Positions 22,534-40,168 are shown, counted from the stretch's first letter. The stretch: 64,000 bases of DNA from Escherichia coli (GCF_016026235.1 NZ_CP065613.1), one strand, 5' to 3'. Made by a program: numbers and translations. Notes: generated by a model from the sequence alone, not told the origin.

Positions 22534-23601
22534 CCCTGTCGTGGCCGTTATCACCAGTAGCGGCCACAAACTATTCCACACAATATCCAGACTCGCATCC
22601 TTCAAATAAATCTGCTTGGTAATGTCCGTAAAGTGGCGAATAGGGTTAATCCACGTCAGGTTTTGCAGCCATACCGGCATGTTTTCCACCGGAGAAACGT
22701 AACCGGAAAGGAGAATGGCGGGCATCATAAAGACAAACACGCCGATAAACGCCTGCTGTTGTGTTGAACAGAGTGATGAAATCAACAGACCGAATCCCAC
22801 CAGCGATAAACCATAAATCACCATCGTAAAGTAGAACAGCGCCAGCGATCCGGCGAAGGGGATTTGATACGCCCAGATACCAATCGCCAGCACAATGGTG
22901 GCCTGGAAGGTGGCGACAATTAACGCCGGTACGGCTTTGCCGATGAAGATCTGCCAGGTGGTGAGCGGCGAAACCAGTAGCTGATCGAGCGTACCTTGTT
23001 CACGTTCGCGGGCGACGGAAAGTGAAGTGACGATCATTACGCCGATAGTGGTGATCATGGCGATCAGTGACGGCACCACAAACCATTTGTAGTCGAGATT
23101 CGGGTTATACCAGTTGCGTACCACCAGCTCGCTGTTGTTAGGTTTCGGTTTTCCTTCCAGCAGCTCCTGCTGATAATTTTTGACGATCTGTTGCAGGTAG
23201 TTGGCGGCAATTTGCGCACTGTTGGAGTTACGCCCGTCGAGGATCAACTGCAAAGGCGCGGTCTGGAAGGTATCCAGTTTGCGCGAGAAGTCAGCCGGGA
23301 AACGCACCAGTAGTAACGCCTTTTGTGTGTCGATGGTTGGGCGGATCTCCTGTGGGCTTTTCAGCAGCAGCACATGAGTAAAGGCGCTGGCGCGGGCAAA
23401 ACGTTGGGTCAGCTCCACCGAATGCTCGCCGTTATCTTCATCGTAGATGGCGATGGTGGCGTTAGTCACTTCCAGCGTGGCGGCGAACGGGAACAGGATC
23501 ACCTGAATTAGCACGGGTAAAATCAGAATCGCGCGGGTTTGCGGTTCGCGCAGCAACGACTGCAACTCTTTGCGGATTAACGTCCATAAGCGATGAAACA
23601 T
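22495..23601 (-). CDS. ybhR: ABC-2 type transporter permease, 368 aa
   Basis: ORF 22495..23601. Confidence 0.9.
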
Positions 23602-23611
23602 GCTCTTCTCC

Positions 23612-24737
23612 CTAATCCAGCCGACGTTTGGTTTTCAGCCACGTCAGGCCGATAAACATCACCGCCGAAGCGATCAAAAACAGCACGTTTACCACCAGCA
23701 CCACTGGAATATTCCCGGCGAGGAACAGGCTTTGCAGGGGGCTGACGAAATAACGAGCGGGAATAATGTACGTCACCGCGCGGATCACCGCGGGCATACT
23801 GTCGATCTGAAAAATAAAGCCGGAAAGCATAATCGACGGCAGGAACGCGGCGTTCAGGGCGACCTGAGCGGCATTGAACTGGTTGCGGGTAATCGTGGAA
23901 ATCAGCAGCCCCATCCCCAGGGTACTGAGTAAAAACAGGCTGGAGATAAAAAACAGAATCAGCAGCGAACCGCGATACGGCACGCCGAGAATAAACACTG
24001 ACACCAGCATACACAGCAACATCGCCAGCATACCGAGAAAGTAATAAGGGATCAGCTTACACAGCAGCAGTTCCGTGCGGGTAATCTCCGTAGAGAGCAG
24101 AGCCTCCATGGTGCCGCGTTCCCACTCCCGCGCCACCACCAGCGAGGTGAGAATCGCGCCGATGACCGTCATGATGATGGTCACCGCACCGGGGATAATG
24201 AAGTGCTGGCTAATCGCCGCCGGGTTAAACCAGTAGCGGGTTTGTACATCAATAAGCGGTTCAAAAGTCTGCCCGTTGTCCTCCGCTCGCTGCATTTGCC
24301 AGATCTGCCAGATCCCTTCGACATACCCCTGTACAAAGTTAGCGGTATTCGGCTCACTGCCGTCGGTGATCACCTGAATCGGTGCGGTGGCGTTGGCGCG
24401 CTCCATCTGTTCCGCAAAATCCACCGGAATAACCACCAGACCGCGAATTTTCCCCGCCTGCATTTTGGCGATCAGTTCCTGACGGTTATCGCTGATGGTG
24501 GCGTCGATGTAGGGCGAACCGGTCATAGTGTGGGTGAAATCCAGCGCCGCTTCGCTACGCTGTTCCAGTAAAATCCCGACCCGCAGCTTGCTGGAGTCGA
24601 GGTTAATGCCGTAACCAAAAATAAACAGCAGCAACAGCGGGATCACTACCGCAATCAGCCAGCTACTCGGATCGCGAACGATCTGCCGCGTCTCTTTGAC
24701 GCACAGCGCCCGCACGCGACGCCAGGAAAGGATCGGG

Positions 24738-24745
<8 letters not shown>
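23612..24745 (-). CDS. ybhS: ABC-2 type transporter permease, 377 aa
   Basis: ORF 23612..24745. Confidence 0.9.
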
Positions 24746-28136
<3,391 letters not shown>

Positions 28137-28149
28137 CGCACAGTCCATT

Positions 28150-28171
28150 CTTAATCAAATGATTGATTAAG
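28150..28171. promoter_or_regulatory. Perfect 9-4-9 palindrome cttaatcaa-atga-ttgattaag immediately upstream of ybiH; candidate TetR-type (CecR) operator
   Basis: Read directly; lies in the ybiH/rhlE divergent region at the ybiH start. Confidence 0.45.
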
Positions 28172-28364
28172 ATTATGACTCCATAGGGGAGTTGTCCAGT
28201 ATGGCTAAGAATTTTAGCTACGCCAGTCACAGGGATAATTTATGCGCTGCGTCACAAAAACTGCTACACTCCGCTCCCTCATGACATTGTGGTTTTTGTC
28301 ATTTTCCTTTTCAGTATCTCCCTGAAAACTACACCGGTAACGGTCGGGGCGGTTCGGAGTAGTT

Positions 28365-29729
28365 ATGTCTTTCGATTCTTTGGGTTTAAGCCCTGATATC
28401 CTGCGCGCCGTTGCCGAGCAGGGTTACCGTGAACCCACCCCTATTCAGCAGCAGGCGATCCCTGCGGTGCTGGAAGGCCGCGACCTGATGGCTAGCGCCC
28501 AGACCGGCACCGGCAAAACAGCGGGCTTTACGCTGCCGCTGTTGCAACACCTGATCACTCGCCAGCCGCACGCCAAAGGGCGTCGTCCGGTACGTGCTCT
28601 CATTCTTACCCCGACCCGTGAACTGGCTGCGCAGATTGGCGAAAACGTCCGTGATTACAGCAAATATCTGAACATTCGTTCGCTGGTGGTGTTTGGCGGT
28701 GTCAGCATTAACCCACAAATGATGAAGTTGCGCGGCGGCGTTGATGTGCTGGTGGCAACGCCGGGACGTTTGCTGGACCTGGAACATCAGAATGCAGTGA
28801 AGCTGGATCAGGTTGAAATCCTCGTCCTCGATGAAGCTGACCGCATGCTCGACATGGGCTTTATCCACGATATCCGTCGCGTGTTAACAAAACTACCTGC
28901 GAAGCGCCAGAACCTGTTGTTCTCCGCGACCTTCTCTGACGATATTAAAGCCCTGGCGGAAAAACTGTTGCACAACCCGCTGGAAATCGAAGTGGCACGC
29001 CGCAATACCGCGTCTGATCAGGTGACCCAGCATGTTCACTTTGTTGATAAGAAGCGCAAACGCGAATTGCTGTCGCACATGATTGGGAAAGGGAACTGGC
29101 AGCAGGTGCTGGTGTTTACCCGTACCAAACATGGCGCTAACCATCTCGCTGAACAGCTTAATAAAGATGGCATCCGTAGTGCGGCGATCCACGGTAATAA
29201 ATCGCAAGGTGCGCGTACCCGTGCGCTGGCCGATTTTAAATCGGGCGATATTCGCGTACTGGTAGCAACTGACATCGCCGCGCGCGGCCTGGATATCGAA
29301 GAGTTGCCGCACGTCGTCAACTATGAGCTGCCAAACGTACCGGAAGATTATGTCCACCGCATCGGGCGTACCGGTCGCGCGGCTGCTACCGGTGAAGCGT
29401 TGTCGCTGGTGTGTGTTGATGAACACAAACTGCTGCGTGATATCGAAAAACTGCTGAAAAAAGAGATCCCGCGCATTGCGATTCCGGGCTATGAGCCGGA
29501 CCCGTCAATCAAAGCCGAACCGATCCAGAACGGTCGCCAGCAACGTGGCGGCGGTGGTCGTGGGCAGGGCGGTGGTCGCGGTCAACAGCAACTACGCCGT
29601 GGAGAAGGTGGTGCAAAATCTGCAAGCGCGAAGCCTGCAGAAAAACCGTCTCGCCGCCTCGGCGATGCCAAACCGGCAGGCGAACAACAACGTCGCCGCC
29701 GTCCGCGTAAACCTGCCGCTGCGCAGTAA
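28365..29729 (+). CDS. rhlE: ATP-dependent DEAD-box RNA helicase, 454 aa
   Basis: ORF 28365..29729; DEAD box (VLDEADRM), basic RGG-rich C-terminus. Confidence 0.95.
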   Translation: MSFDSLGLSPDILRAVAEQGYREPTPIQQQAIPAVLEGRDLMASAQTGTGKTAGFTLPLLQHLITRQPHAKGRRPVRALILTPTRELAAQIGENVRDYSKYLNIRSLVVFGGVSINPQMMKLRGGVDVLVATPGRLLDLEHQNAVKLDQVEILVLDEADRMLDMGFIHDIRRVLTKLPAKRQNLLFSATFSDDIKALAEKLLHNPLEIEVARRNTASDQVTQHVHFVDKKRKRELLSHMIGKGNWQQVLVFTRTKHGANHLAEQLNKDGIRSAAIHGNKSQGARTRALADFKSGDIRVLVATDIAARGLDIEELPHVVNYELPNVPEDYVHRIGRTGRAAATGEALSLVCVDEHKLLRDIEKLLKKEIPRIAIPGYEPDPSIKAEPIQNGRQQRGGGGRGQGGGRGQQQLRRGEGGAKSASAKPAEKPSRRLGDAKPAGEQQRRRRPRKPAAAQ

Positions 29730-29782
29730 TCTTTTATGCCGGGCTATGCCCGGCATCAGGCTGATGAACAAACGCAAAACTG

Positions 29783-29880
<98 letters not shown>

Positions 29881-29960
29881 TTTCACAACAAGCACTTGTC
29901 AGCAATTTGAGAACACGGGAAAAAATTTATCTGTTTTACCGCCCATAAGCCACCGAGACG

Positions 29961-30443
29961 TTACTTCTCTATAGCCAATTGTTCGCGCAACTCCATTAAA
30001 AGGTAGCCCAGTCGATTCTTGCCCTTACCATTACCACCGTCTCCCCAGTAAGCATCGTTTTCCGTATGCTCAACCAGTTTTGCGGGCGCGGTTGCCAGCA
30101 AGAGCACACGTAGTTCTGCATGCTGTTCGAATTTAGCACGAAGTGCTTTACGCATCACCTGTTCTTTAACCGACTCCCAGTTTTTACGAAGTGGCTTGGA
30201 ACGATTACGCCCCATGCGAGCGGCGACCATGGGGGAAGAAACCCGACGGATCTCTTCGCGGTATTTTTCATCAAGGAATTTTTGTGCCTGAAAATAGTGT
30301 TCGGAGGTGGGCCAGGTTTTCCCGTCAACCTTGATGGGCCAGGCGGCAAAGTTAGAAAAATCACCGTAGTCATCGCTGGTGCTGTAGAAATTTATGATGG
30401 TGTCTTGCATGACGTGTTGGATCCTTTGTGCTCGAACGGGCAT
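29961..30443 (-). CDS. ybiA: YbiA N-glycosidase family protein (DUF1768), 160 aa
   Basis: ORF 29961..30443. Confidence 0.85.
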   Translation of the reverse strand: MPVRAQRIQHVMQDTIINFYSTSDDYGDFSNFAAWPIKVDGKTWPTSEHYFQAQKFLDEKYREEIRRVSSPMVAARMGRNRSKPLRKNWESVKEQVMRKALRAKFEQHAELRVLLLATAPAKLVEHTENDAYWGDGGNGKGKNRLGYLLMELREQLAIEK

Positions 30444-30528
30444 TAAACCGCATTATGTTGGTGGTTATTGCGAGCCGCTTTCCAGAAACAGAAAAACCAT
30501 TACCCCTGAAAACCGAAAAATGCCACAA

Positions 30529-30548
30529 TATTGGCTGTTTATACAGTA
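30529..30548. promoter_or_regulatory. Non-canonical LexA box of dinG (tattggctgtttatacagta)
   Basis: CTG...CAG palindrome with shortened spacer about 20 nt upstream of the dinG start, consistent with the reported dinG SOS box. Confidence 0.6.
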
Positions 30549-30562
30549 TTTCAGGTTTTCTC

Positions 30563-32713
30563 ATGGCATTAACCGCCGCGCTTAAAGCGCAAATTGCCGC
30601 CTGGTATAAGGCGCTTCAGGAACAGATCCCCGACTTTATTCCCCGTGCGCCGCAGCGGCAGATGATTGCGGACGTCGCCAAAACGCTGGCCGGAGAAGAA
30701 GGGCGGCATCTGGCGATTGAAGCACCCACCGGCGTTGGGAAAACGCTCTCCTATTTGATTCCCGGCATCGCCATTGCCCGCGAAGAGCAAAAAACGCTGG
30801 TGGTGAGTACCGCCAACGTGGCATTGCAGGATCAGATCTACAGCAAAGATTTGCCACTGCTGAAAAAGATCATTCCCGATCTTAAATTCACTGCCGCTTT
30901 TGGGCGTGGGCGCTACGTTTGCCCGCGTAATCTGACGGCGCTTGCCAGCACTGAACCCACGCAACAGGATCTGCTGGCGTTTCTTGACGACGAACTGACG
31001 CCAAATAATCAGGAAGAGCAAAAACGTTGTGCGAAGCTGAAGGGCGATCTCGACACTTATAAATGGGATGGTCTGCGCGATCATACGGATATCGCTATAG
31101 ATGATGATCTCTGGCGTCGTTTGAGTACCGACAAAGCCAGCTGCCTCAACCGTAACTGTTACTACTATCGTGAATGCCCGTTTTTTGTTGCTCGTCGGGA
31201 GATTCAGGAAGCGGAAGTGGTGGTGGCAAACCATGCGCTGGTGATGGCGGCGATGGAAAGCGAAGCCGTACTGCCTGACCCGAAAAATCTGCTGCTGGTG
31301 CTGGACGAAGGTCATCACCTGCCAGATGTGGCCCGGGATGCGCTGGAGATGAGCGCTGAAATCACCGCGCCCTGGTATCGACTACAGCTGGACTTGTTCA
31401 CGAAACTGGTCGCTACCTGCATGGAGCAGTTTCGCCCGAAGACCATCCCACCGCTGGCGATCCCTGAACGTTTGAATGCGCATTGTGAAGAGTTGTATGA
31501 GCTTATCGCCTCGTTAAACAACATTCTCAATCTCTACATGCCTGCCGGGCAGGAGGCAGAGCACCGTTTTGCGATGGGCGAACTGCCTGATGAAGTGCTG
31601 GAGATCTGCCAGCGGCTGGCAAAACTCACCGAGATGCTGCGTGGTCTGGCGGAGTTATTTCTTAACGATTTAAGTGAGAAAACCGGCAGCCATGACATTG
31701 TACGCCTGCATCGGTTGATTTTGCAGATGAACCGCGCGTTGGGGATGTTCGAGGCGCAAAGCAAACTCTGGCGGCTGGCGTCTCTGGCGCAATCTTCCGG
31801 TGCGCCGGTGACCAAATGGGCGACGCGGGAAGAGCGCGAAGGGCAGCTGCATCTCTGGTTTCACTGCGTGGGGATACGTGTCAGCGATCAGCTGGAAAGG
31901 CTGCTGTGGCGCAGTATTCCGCACATTATTGTTACCTCCGCAACCTTGCGTTCGCTGAATAGTTTTTCGCGTTTGCAGGAGATGAGTGGTCTGAAAGAGA
32001 AAGCGGGCGACCGTTTTGTGGCGCTGGATTCCCCCTTTAACCACTGCGAACAGGGCAAAATTGTTATTCCCCGGATGCGCGTTGAGCCTTCCATCGACAA
32101 CGAAGAGCAGCATATTGCCGAAATGGCGGCCTTTTTCCGTAAGCAGGTGGAGAGCAAAAAACATCTCGGTATGTTGGTACTGTTTGCCAGCGGACGGGCG
32201 ATGCAGCGCTTTCTCGACTATGTGACGGATTTACGTCTGATGTTGCTGGTTCAGGGCGATCAGCCGCGTTACCGTTTAGTTGAACTGCACCGCAAACGCG
32301 TCGCCAACGGTGAGCGCAGCGTGCTGGTGGGCTTACAGTCATTTGCCGAAGGGCTTGATTTGAAAGGTGATCTGCTCAGCCAGGTGCATATCCACAAAAT
32401 CGCTTTTCCGCCCATCGACAGCCCCGTGGTGATCACCGAAGGGGAATGGCTGAAAAGCCTCAACCGCTATCCGTTTGAGGTGCAAAGCCTGCCGAGCGCC
32501 TCGTTTAACCTGATTCAGCAGGTTGGGCGACTGATTCGAAGCCACGGTTGCTGGGGCGAAGTGGTTATCTACGACAAACGCTTGCTGACCAAAAATTATG
32601 GCAAGCGACTACTGGATGCATTACCGGTATTTCCGATAGAGCAACCGGAAGTCCCTGAAGGTATAGTTAAAAAGAAAGAAAAAACGAAATCCCCACGCCG
32701 TCGGCGGCGTTAA
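30563..32713 (+). CDS. dinG: ATP-dependent DNA helicase DinG, 716 aa
   Basis: ORF 30428..32713 trimmed to MALTAALKAQIAAWYKALQ. Confidence 0.95.
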   Translation: MALTAALKAQIAAWYKALQEQIPDFIPRAPQRQMIADVAKTLAGEEGRHLAIEAPTGVGKTLSYLIPGIAIAREEQKTLVVSTANVALQDQIYSKDLPLLKKIIPDLKFTAAFGRGRYVCPRNLTALASTEPTQQDLLAFLDDELTPNNQEEQKRCAKLKGDLDTYKWDGLRDHTDIAIDDDLWRRLSTDKASCLNRNCYYYRECPFFVARREIQEAEVVVANHALVMAAMESEAVLPDPKNLLLVLDEGHHLPDVARDALEMSAEITAPWYRLQLDLFTKLVATCMEQFRPKTIPPLAIPERLNAHCEELYELIASLNNILNLYMPAGQEAEHRFAMGELPDEVLEICQRLAKLTEMLRGLAELFLNDLSEKTGSHDIVRLHRLILQMNRALGMFEAQSKLWRLASLAQSSGAPVTKWATREEREGQLHLWFHCVGIRVSDQLERLLWRSIPHIIVTSATLRSLNSFSRLQEMSGLKEKAGDRFVALDSPFNHCEQGKIVIPRMRVEPSIDNEEQHIAEMAAFFRKQVESKKHLGMLVLFASGRAMQRFLDYVTDLRLMLLVQGDQPRYRLVELHRKRVANGERSVLVGLQSFAEGLDLKGDLLSQVHIHKIAFPPIDSPVVITEGEWLKSLNRYPFEVQSLPSASFNLIQQVGRLIRSHGCWGEVVIYDKRLLTKNYGKRLLDALPVFPIEQPEVPEGIVKKKEKTKSPRRRRR

Positions 32714-32740
32714 TGATGTGAGTCAGGTAAGGAGTCGTAA

Positions 32741-33703
<963 letters not shown>

Positions 33704-33709
33704 TTCTTT

Positions 33710-33786
<77 letters not shown>

Positions 33787-33831
33787 ACGCCCGGCGTGCA
33801 GCATAAAAATACAACAAACACATAACATAAA

Positions 33832-34929
<1,098 letters not shown>

Positions 34930-35034
34930 AAAAAAGCCCGTCCAGTGGCGGACGGGCAAACAAGGGTAACATAGGATCAATGAGGGTTAGAGCATATGCG
35001 TCTGTCGGCAAACAGACAGGGAAATACTTGTGCT

Positions 35035-35154
35035 GGACGTAGCGTAAACGCCTGATCCGTCCAACGGTTCGGATTTTGTAGGCCTGATAAGACGCGGTAG
35101 CGTCGCATCAGGCATCTGTTGCCGGATGCGGCGTAAACGCCTTATCCGTCCTAC
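35035..35154. repeat. BIME cluster (three REP-like palindromes) between ybiC and ybiJ
   Basis: gtaggcctgataagacgcggtagcgtcgcatcaggc and gccggatgcggcgtaaacgccttatccgtcctac. Confidence 0.8.
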
Positions 35155-35157
35155 GAA

Positions 35158-35418
35158 TTACTTATAAATTACCGCAGTACCGCTTAATTTATTGTTGTTG
35201 GTGGCGGAAGTGATGCTGTATCCACTGGCACCGGCTGCCGCGGCTTTCTCAGCCAGTTTCGCTTCCAGGGCATCGAGGGTGGATGCGCCATCGGCAGAAA
35301 CCACGCCGATTTTATTCATGTTCTGTGCCTGGGATGCCGTTACCGGTTCCGCCGCGAACACGCCAAATGACAGAGTTGAAAGAGCCATAGCAGCAACAAC
35401 AGTATTGATAGTTTTCAT
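35158..35418 (-). CDS. ybiJ: DUF1471 (YhcN-family) periplasmic protein with signal peptide, 86 aa
   Basis: ORF 35158..35418. Confidence 0.85.
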   Translation of the reverse strand: MKTINTVVAAMALSTLSFGVFAAEPVTASQAQNMNKIGVVSADGASTLDALEAKLAEKAAAAGASGYSITSATNNNKLSGTAVIYK

Positions 35419-35682
35419 AATTAATCTCTCGCAGGTGATTTTTGTATAAGTGACGTTGTTTCGTCGATGTGATGAGTATCACGTTTTTTTACGAGAGATA
35501 AAATCGAAGAGAATTGACCGCCTTGTTCAAATAAATTGATTGATATCTAACATACTGATAAACCATTTATTTGTTGTACTTATGAACTTGTTTTATACCG
35601 CGTGGCAGTCACAGCAGCGTTAAAGGCACGGAATGCCACGCAAAATACAAATTATACTCGCTATGCATCTCGCCAGTTGTAG

Positions 35683-35949
35683 TTAACGTAACTGGCTGTC
35701 TTTCGAACCTCTGCGATTATATCCTGTATAAGCTGGTTTTTGTAAATCTTTCTCCTGCTGACAATGAATACATAAGCGCACGCCAGGAATGGCTTCCCGA
35801 CGGGCCTGCGGGATGGGGTCACCGCACTCTTCACATTCATCCAGGCTTTCGCCGCGCGGAATTTCACCCCGAGCGCGGGCAATCGCATCTTCAATTGTAC
35901 TGTTGATCTGTTCGTTGACGGCGTCATCGTTAGCCCAACCGGATGCCAT
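35683..35949 (-). CDS. ybiI: DksA/TraR-family C4-type zinc-finger protein, 88 aa
   Basis: ORF 35683..35949; CxxC...CxxC motif. Confidence 0.85.
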   Translation of the reverse strand: MASGWANDDAVNEQINSTIEDAIARARGEIPRGESLDECEECGDPIPQARREAIPGVRLCIHCQQEKDLQKPAYTGYNRRGSKDSQLR

Positions 35950-36022
35950 ATCGACCTCCCCATATCAATACTTGTACAGTTAAGTGTAGCTAATCCAGGG
36001 ACGAACTCGGGCAGTTCAAGCA

Positions 36023-36700
36023 TCAGATCTCCGACCATTCCCGCAGCAGATTATGATAAAGATTAAGCAGCGACAGGATCTCTTCACTTTCGCCGTAGCG
36101 GCTTTTCAGCGACTGAATATTGTTGTCCAGTTCAAACAGCATGGCGCGCTTTTTATCATCGCGGATCATCGACTGGATCCACATAAATGATGCCACTCGT
36201 ACGCCGCGGGTTACGGGTGTCACGCAATGCAGGCTGCTGGAGGGATACAACACGAGATCGCCTGCCGGGAGTTTTACCCGATGTTGTCCGAAGGTGTCAT
36301 TAACGACCAGTTCGCCGCCGTCGTAGCTTTGTGGATCGCTTAAAAACAGCGTGGCAGAAAGGTCAGTACGCATCCAGCCGTTTTGTGGATGGCTGCGTAC
36401 TGCGCCATCCACATGGAAACCATAGGTTTCATTGTTCTGATAGCGATTAAACAGCGGCGTGGAAAGGGTACGCGGCAAGGCCGCGGCAAAGAACAAAGCA
36501 TGTTGGTTAACCGCGTTCAGCACCTCATTTTGCAGGGCGGCGTATAACGTGCTGCGGGTGTCGACCTGTTGATTGTTCTTAACTTGCGCACCTTGTGCGC
36601 CGGTGGTGACGCGTCCATCCACCCATTCGGCTTGTTCCAGTTGTTCGCGAAACCGGGCGACGTCCTGTGGCGATAACACGCCGGGAATGTGGTACATCAT
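36023..36700 (-). CDS. ybiX: PKHD-type Fe(II)/2-oxoglutarate-dependent hydroxylase, 225 aa
   Basis: ORF 36023..36736 trimmed to [14 protein letters not shown]. Confidence 0.85.
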
Positions 36701-38718
36701 ACAAGTTCTCCAAAAAGTGGGGCCTGCGCCCCACATCTGAATCAGAAATGCATATTGGCTGTGAGCAAGAAGGTTCTTGGCTCGCCCGGGTGATAACGGT
36801 AGCCGCTCTTGTTGATTGAGGCGACGTAATCAGTATCAAACAGGTTGTAGACGTTTAGCTGGAAGTTGAGATTGCGATTAACCCGATACCCCAGTTTGGC
36901 ATCGGCGACCCAGTAACCTTCGGTAAATGCTGGCGTTCCCACCGCGCCGTCTGAACCTTTATGCATACTGCCGATATAGCGTGCGCCCGCGCCAACAGAG
37001 ATATCGTCGGTTGCCTGATATTGGCTCCATAAGGTGAAGGCGTGCTCCGGGGTATACGGCAGCGATGAGGAACCATCCTGGGCAACATCTTTGCCGTTTT
37101 TGATGGTTGCTTTTTGCTGGGTATAGCCGCCAATCACCTGCCACGCGGGAGTGATATTCCCGGCCACGGATATCTCATAGCCTTCGACGCGTTTCTTACC
37201 GTATTGCGAGTAAGTTCCGTCATCATTTTGCTCAACTTCATTTTCGATATCAGTACGGAACAGCGCGCGGTGAGCAACAGACGTTTATCCAGAACCTGCC
37301 ATTTGGTGCCAATCTCGCTGGTGTTGGCTTTTTGCGGTTTAAAATCGGTGCGGTTGGCACTGTTACCGCTGCCAGACTGCGCAAGGGCGAAGTTGTTGCC
37401 GCCCGGAGGCTGCTGGGAAACGGCATAGTTAATATAGACATTACCGTTTTCCGTCAGGTGATACAGCGCCCCGGCTTTCCAGTTCACCAGATTGCCCGAC
37501 TTGGCGGTGTCGACGGTGGTGACCGGAGAACCTTTTGCCACACCAGCTGGGCAGGTGATGGCACCGCGTCCGCTGCCGCCGCAGGCGGTGGCACTGTCAT
37601 ATTCAGTATGATAATTATCCAGACGGATCCCGCCGTTCAGCTCAAAATCACGGGTGATTTGCAGCGTATCGAAGGCGTAAATTGCGAAGGTATCCGTCTG
37701 ACCATTGGCGTTTGCGCCGTTGCGCGTCAGGCCGCCGGGATGAATGCTGCTGTCAGGATGATAAATATTTACCGCGGGTAACGTCACCGGATTAACGCCG
37801 TAGTTAGTCTGCGTTTCACGGGTAAATTCCACGCCGGTACTGACATCATGACCGATAGAACCGGTATAGAACGTCGAGGTCAGGTTGGTCTGGTTGGTGA
37901 GAATTTTATTACTCACATCTTTGGTATTCGCCGTGCGTGACCAGGTCCAGCTATTCACATCGCTGGTGGGCTGAGTAATATTCGACGCCCCGCCCATAAT
38001 CGCCGTCATCAGGTAATCCTGCTTTACGCGCGACCAACGGGTAGTATTGCGAATGGTGGTGTTATCGTTGATGTCGTGCTCAAAACGCATGGTGGCGGTG
38101 TCGGTGGTCGAATCGTCGTAATCGGAATCCGTGCCGTAAAAGTTATGAGTATCAACTTTTCCGGAATGATTCAGAGCCGCTGTTCCCGCAGATGGGGCAG
38201 AATAACCCGGCAAACCGATGGTCGGAATGCCGCCGTCTGGCGTGTTGTGCTGGGTGACATGCAGATAATTAAGATACAAACGATTCGCTGTACCAAGGCC
38301 AAAAGCGATAGAAGGGGCGACGCCGTAACGCTCATTTTTGACTTTGTCGCGTCCGGCATCGTGCGTTTTTTCGCCCATCACATTCAGGCGCACCGCAGTG
38401 GTATCACCAATGACCTGATTGACGTCCAGCGTGCCGCGGCGGAACCAGGCGCTGCCAATACTGGCGGAGGCGTCAATGCCGGAATCATTGCGCGGCTGCT
38501 TGCTGATCATATTGATCGAGCCCGTCGGCGCGCTGCGCCCGTAGTCGGTGCCGGAAGGCCCTTTAATCACTTCGACCTGCTCAGTATTGAAGGTGTCGCG
38601 CGAGACGCTGCCGATATCGCGAATGCCATCAATATAAATACTGTTAGAGGTATCAGCACCGCGCATATAAATGGCGTCGCCAGTGGTGGAGTTACCGTTC
38701 TCACCCGCAAAAAACGCA

Positions 38719-38730
38719 CCCACGCCGGGG
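38719..38730. repeat. Target-site duplication cccacgccgggg, left copy
   Basis: Identical 12-mer immediately flanking both IS4 ends. Confidence 0.85.
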
Positions 38731-40156
38731 TAATGCCGATCAGTTAAGGATCAGTTGACCGATCCAGTGGCTGTGTAAGAATCCGGAAACGCTCACTTGT
38801 TTCCGGATTTTTTTATGCACATTGGACAGGCTCTTGATCTGGTATCCCGTTACGATTCTCTGCGTAACCCACTGACTTCTCTGGGGGATTACCTCGACCC
38901 CGAACTCATCTCTCGTTGCCTTGCCGAATCAGGTACTGTAACGCTACGCAAGCGCCGTCTTCCCCTCGAAATGATGGTCTGGTGTATTGTTGGCATGGCG
39001 CTTGAGCGTAAAGAACCTCTTCACCAGATTGTGAATCGCCTGGACATCATGCTGCCGGGCAATCGCCCCTTCGTTGCCCCCAGTGCCGTTATTCAGGCCC
39101 GCCAGCGCCTGGGAAGTGAGGCTGTCCGCCGCGTGTTCACGAAAACAGCGCAGCTCTGGCATAACGCCACGCCGCATCCGCACTGGTGCGGCCTGACCCT
39201 GCTGGCCATCGATGGTGTGTTCTGGCGCACACCGGATACACCAGAGAACGATGCAGCCTTCCCCCGCCAGACACATGCCGGGAACCCGGCGCTCTACCCG
39301 CAGGTCAAAATGGTCTGCCAGATGGAACTGACCAGCCATCTGCTGACGGCTGCAGCCTTCGGCACGATGAAGAACAGCGAAAATGAGCTTGCTGAGCAAC
39401 TTATAGAACAAACCGGCGATAACACTCTGACGTTAATGGATAAAGGTTATTACTCACTGGGACTGTTAAATGCCTGGAGCCTGGCGGGAGAACACCGCCA
39501 CTGGATGATACCTCTCAGAAAGGGAGCGCAATATGAAGAGCTCAGAAAACTGGGTAAAGGCGATCATCTGGTGAAGCTGAAAACCAGCCCGCAGGCACGA
39601 AAAAAGTGGCCGGGACTGGGAAATGAAGTGACAGCCCGCCTGCTGACCGTGACGCGCAAAGGAAAAGTCTGCCATCTGCTGACGTCGATGACGGACGCCA
39701 TGCGCTTCCCCGGAGGAGAAATGGCGGATCTGTACAGTCATCGCTGGGAAATCGAACTGGGATACAGGGAGATAAAACAGACGATGCAACTGAGCAGGCT
39801 GACGCTGAGAAGTAAAAAGCCGGAGCTTGTGGAGCAAGAGCTGTGGGGTGTCTTACTGGCTTATAATCTGGTGAGATATCAGATGATTAAAATGGCGGAA
39901 CATCTGAAAGGTTACTGGCCGAATCAACTGAGTTTCTCAGAATCATGCGGAATGGTGATGAGAATGCTGATGACATTGCAGGGCGCTTCACCGGGACGTA
40001 TACCGGAGCTGATGCGCGATCTTGCAAGTATGGGACAACTTGTGAAATTACCGACGAGAAGGGGAAGGGCCTTCCCGAGAGTGGTAAAGGAGAGGCCCTG
40101 GAAATACCCCACAGCCCCGAAAAAGAGCCAGTCAGTTGCTTAACTGACTGGCATTA
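38731..40156 (+). mobile_element. IS4: Complete IS4 insertion sequence (1426 bp) with terminal inverted repeats
   Basis: Ends taatgccgatcagttaagg ... and reverse-complement partner ...taactgactggcatta; length equals canonical IS4; flanked by a 12-bp direct repeat. Confidence 0.9.
38815..40143 (+). CDS. insG: IS4 transposase, 442 aa
   Basis: ORF 38797..40143 trimmed to [16 protein letters not shown]. Confidence 0.9.
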   Translation: MHIGQALDLVSRYDSLRNPLTSLGDYLDPELISRCLAESGTVTLRKRRLPLEMMVWCIVGMALERKEPLHQIVNRLDIMLPGNRPFVAPSAVIQARQRLGSEAVRRVFTKTAQLWHNATPHPHWCGLTLLAIDGVFWRTPDTPENDAAFPRQTHAGNPALYPQVKMVCQMELTSHLLTAAAFGTMKNSENELAEQLIEQTGDNTLTLMDKGYYSLGLLNAWSLAGEHRHWMIPLRKGAQYEELRKLGKGDHLVKLKTSPQARKKWPGLGNEVTARLLTVTRKGKVCHLLTSMTDAMRFPGGEMADLYSHRWEIELGYREIKQTMQLSRLTLRSKKPELVEQELWGVLLAYNLVRYQMIKMAEHLKGYWPNQLSFSESCGMVMRMLMTLQGASPGRIPELMRDLASMGQLVKLPTRRGRAFPRVVKERPWKYPTAPKKSQSVA

Positions 40157-40168
40157 CCCACGCCGGGG
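40157..40168. repeat. Target-site duplication cccacgccgggg, right copy
   Basis: Identical 12-mer immediately flanking both IS4 ends. Confidence 0.85.

Noticed and set aside
28893-29426. 177-aa minus-strand ORF inside rhlE
   Set aside because: Antisense to rhlE; no SD or promoter context
30569-31318. 249-aa minus-strand ORF inside dinG
   Set aside because: Antisense to dinG
38076-38747. 223-aa plus-strand ORF within the fiu remnant
   Set aside because: Antisense to fiu coding sequence; Gly/Ala/Arg-rich; ends at the IS4 boundary by chance
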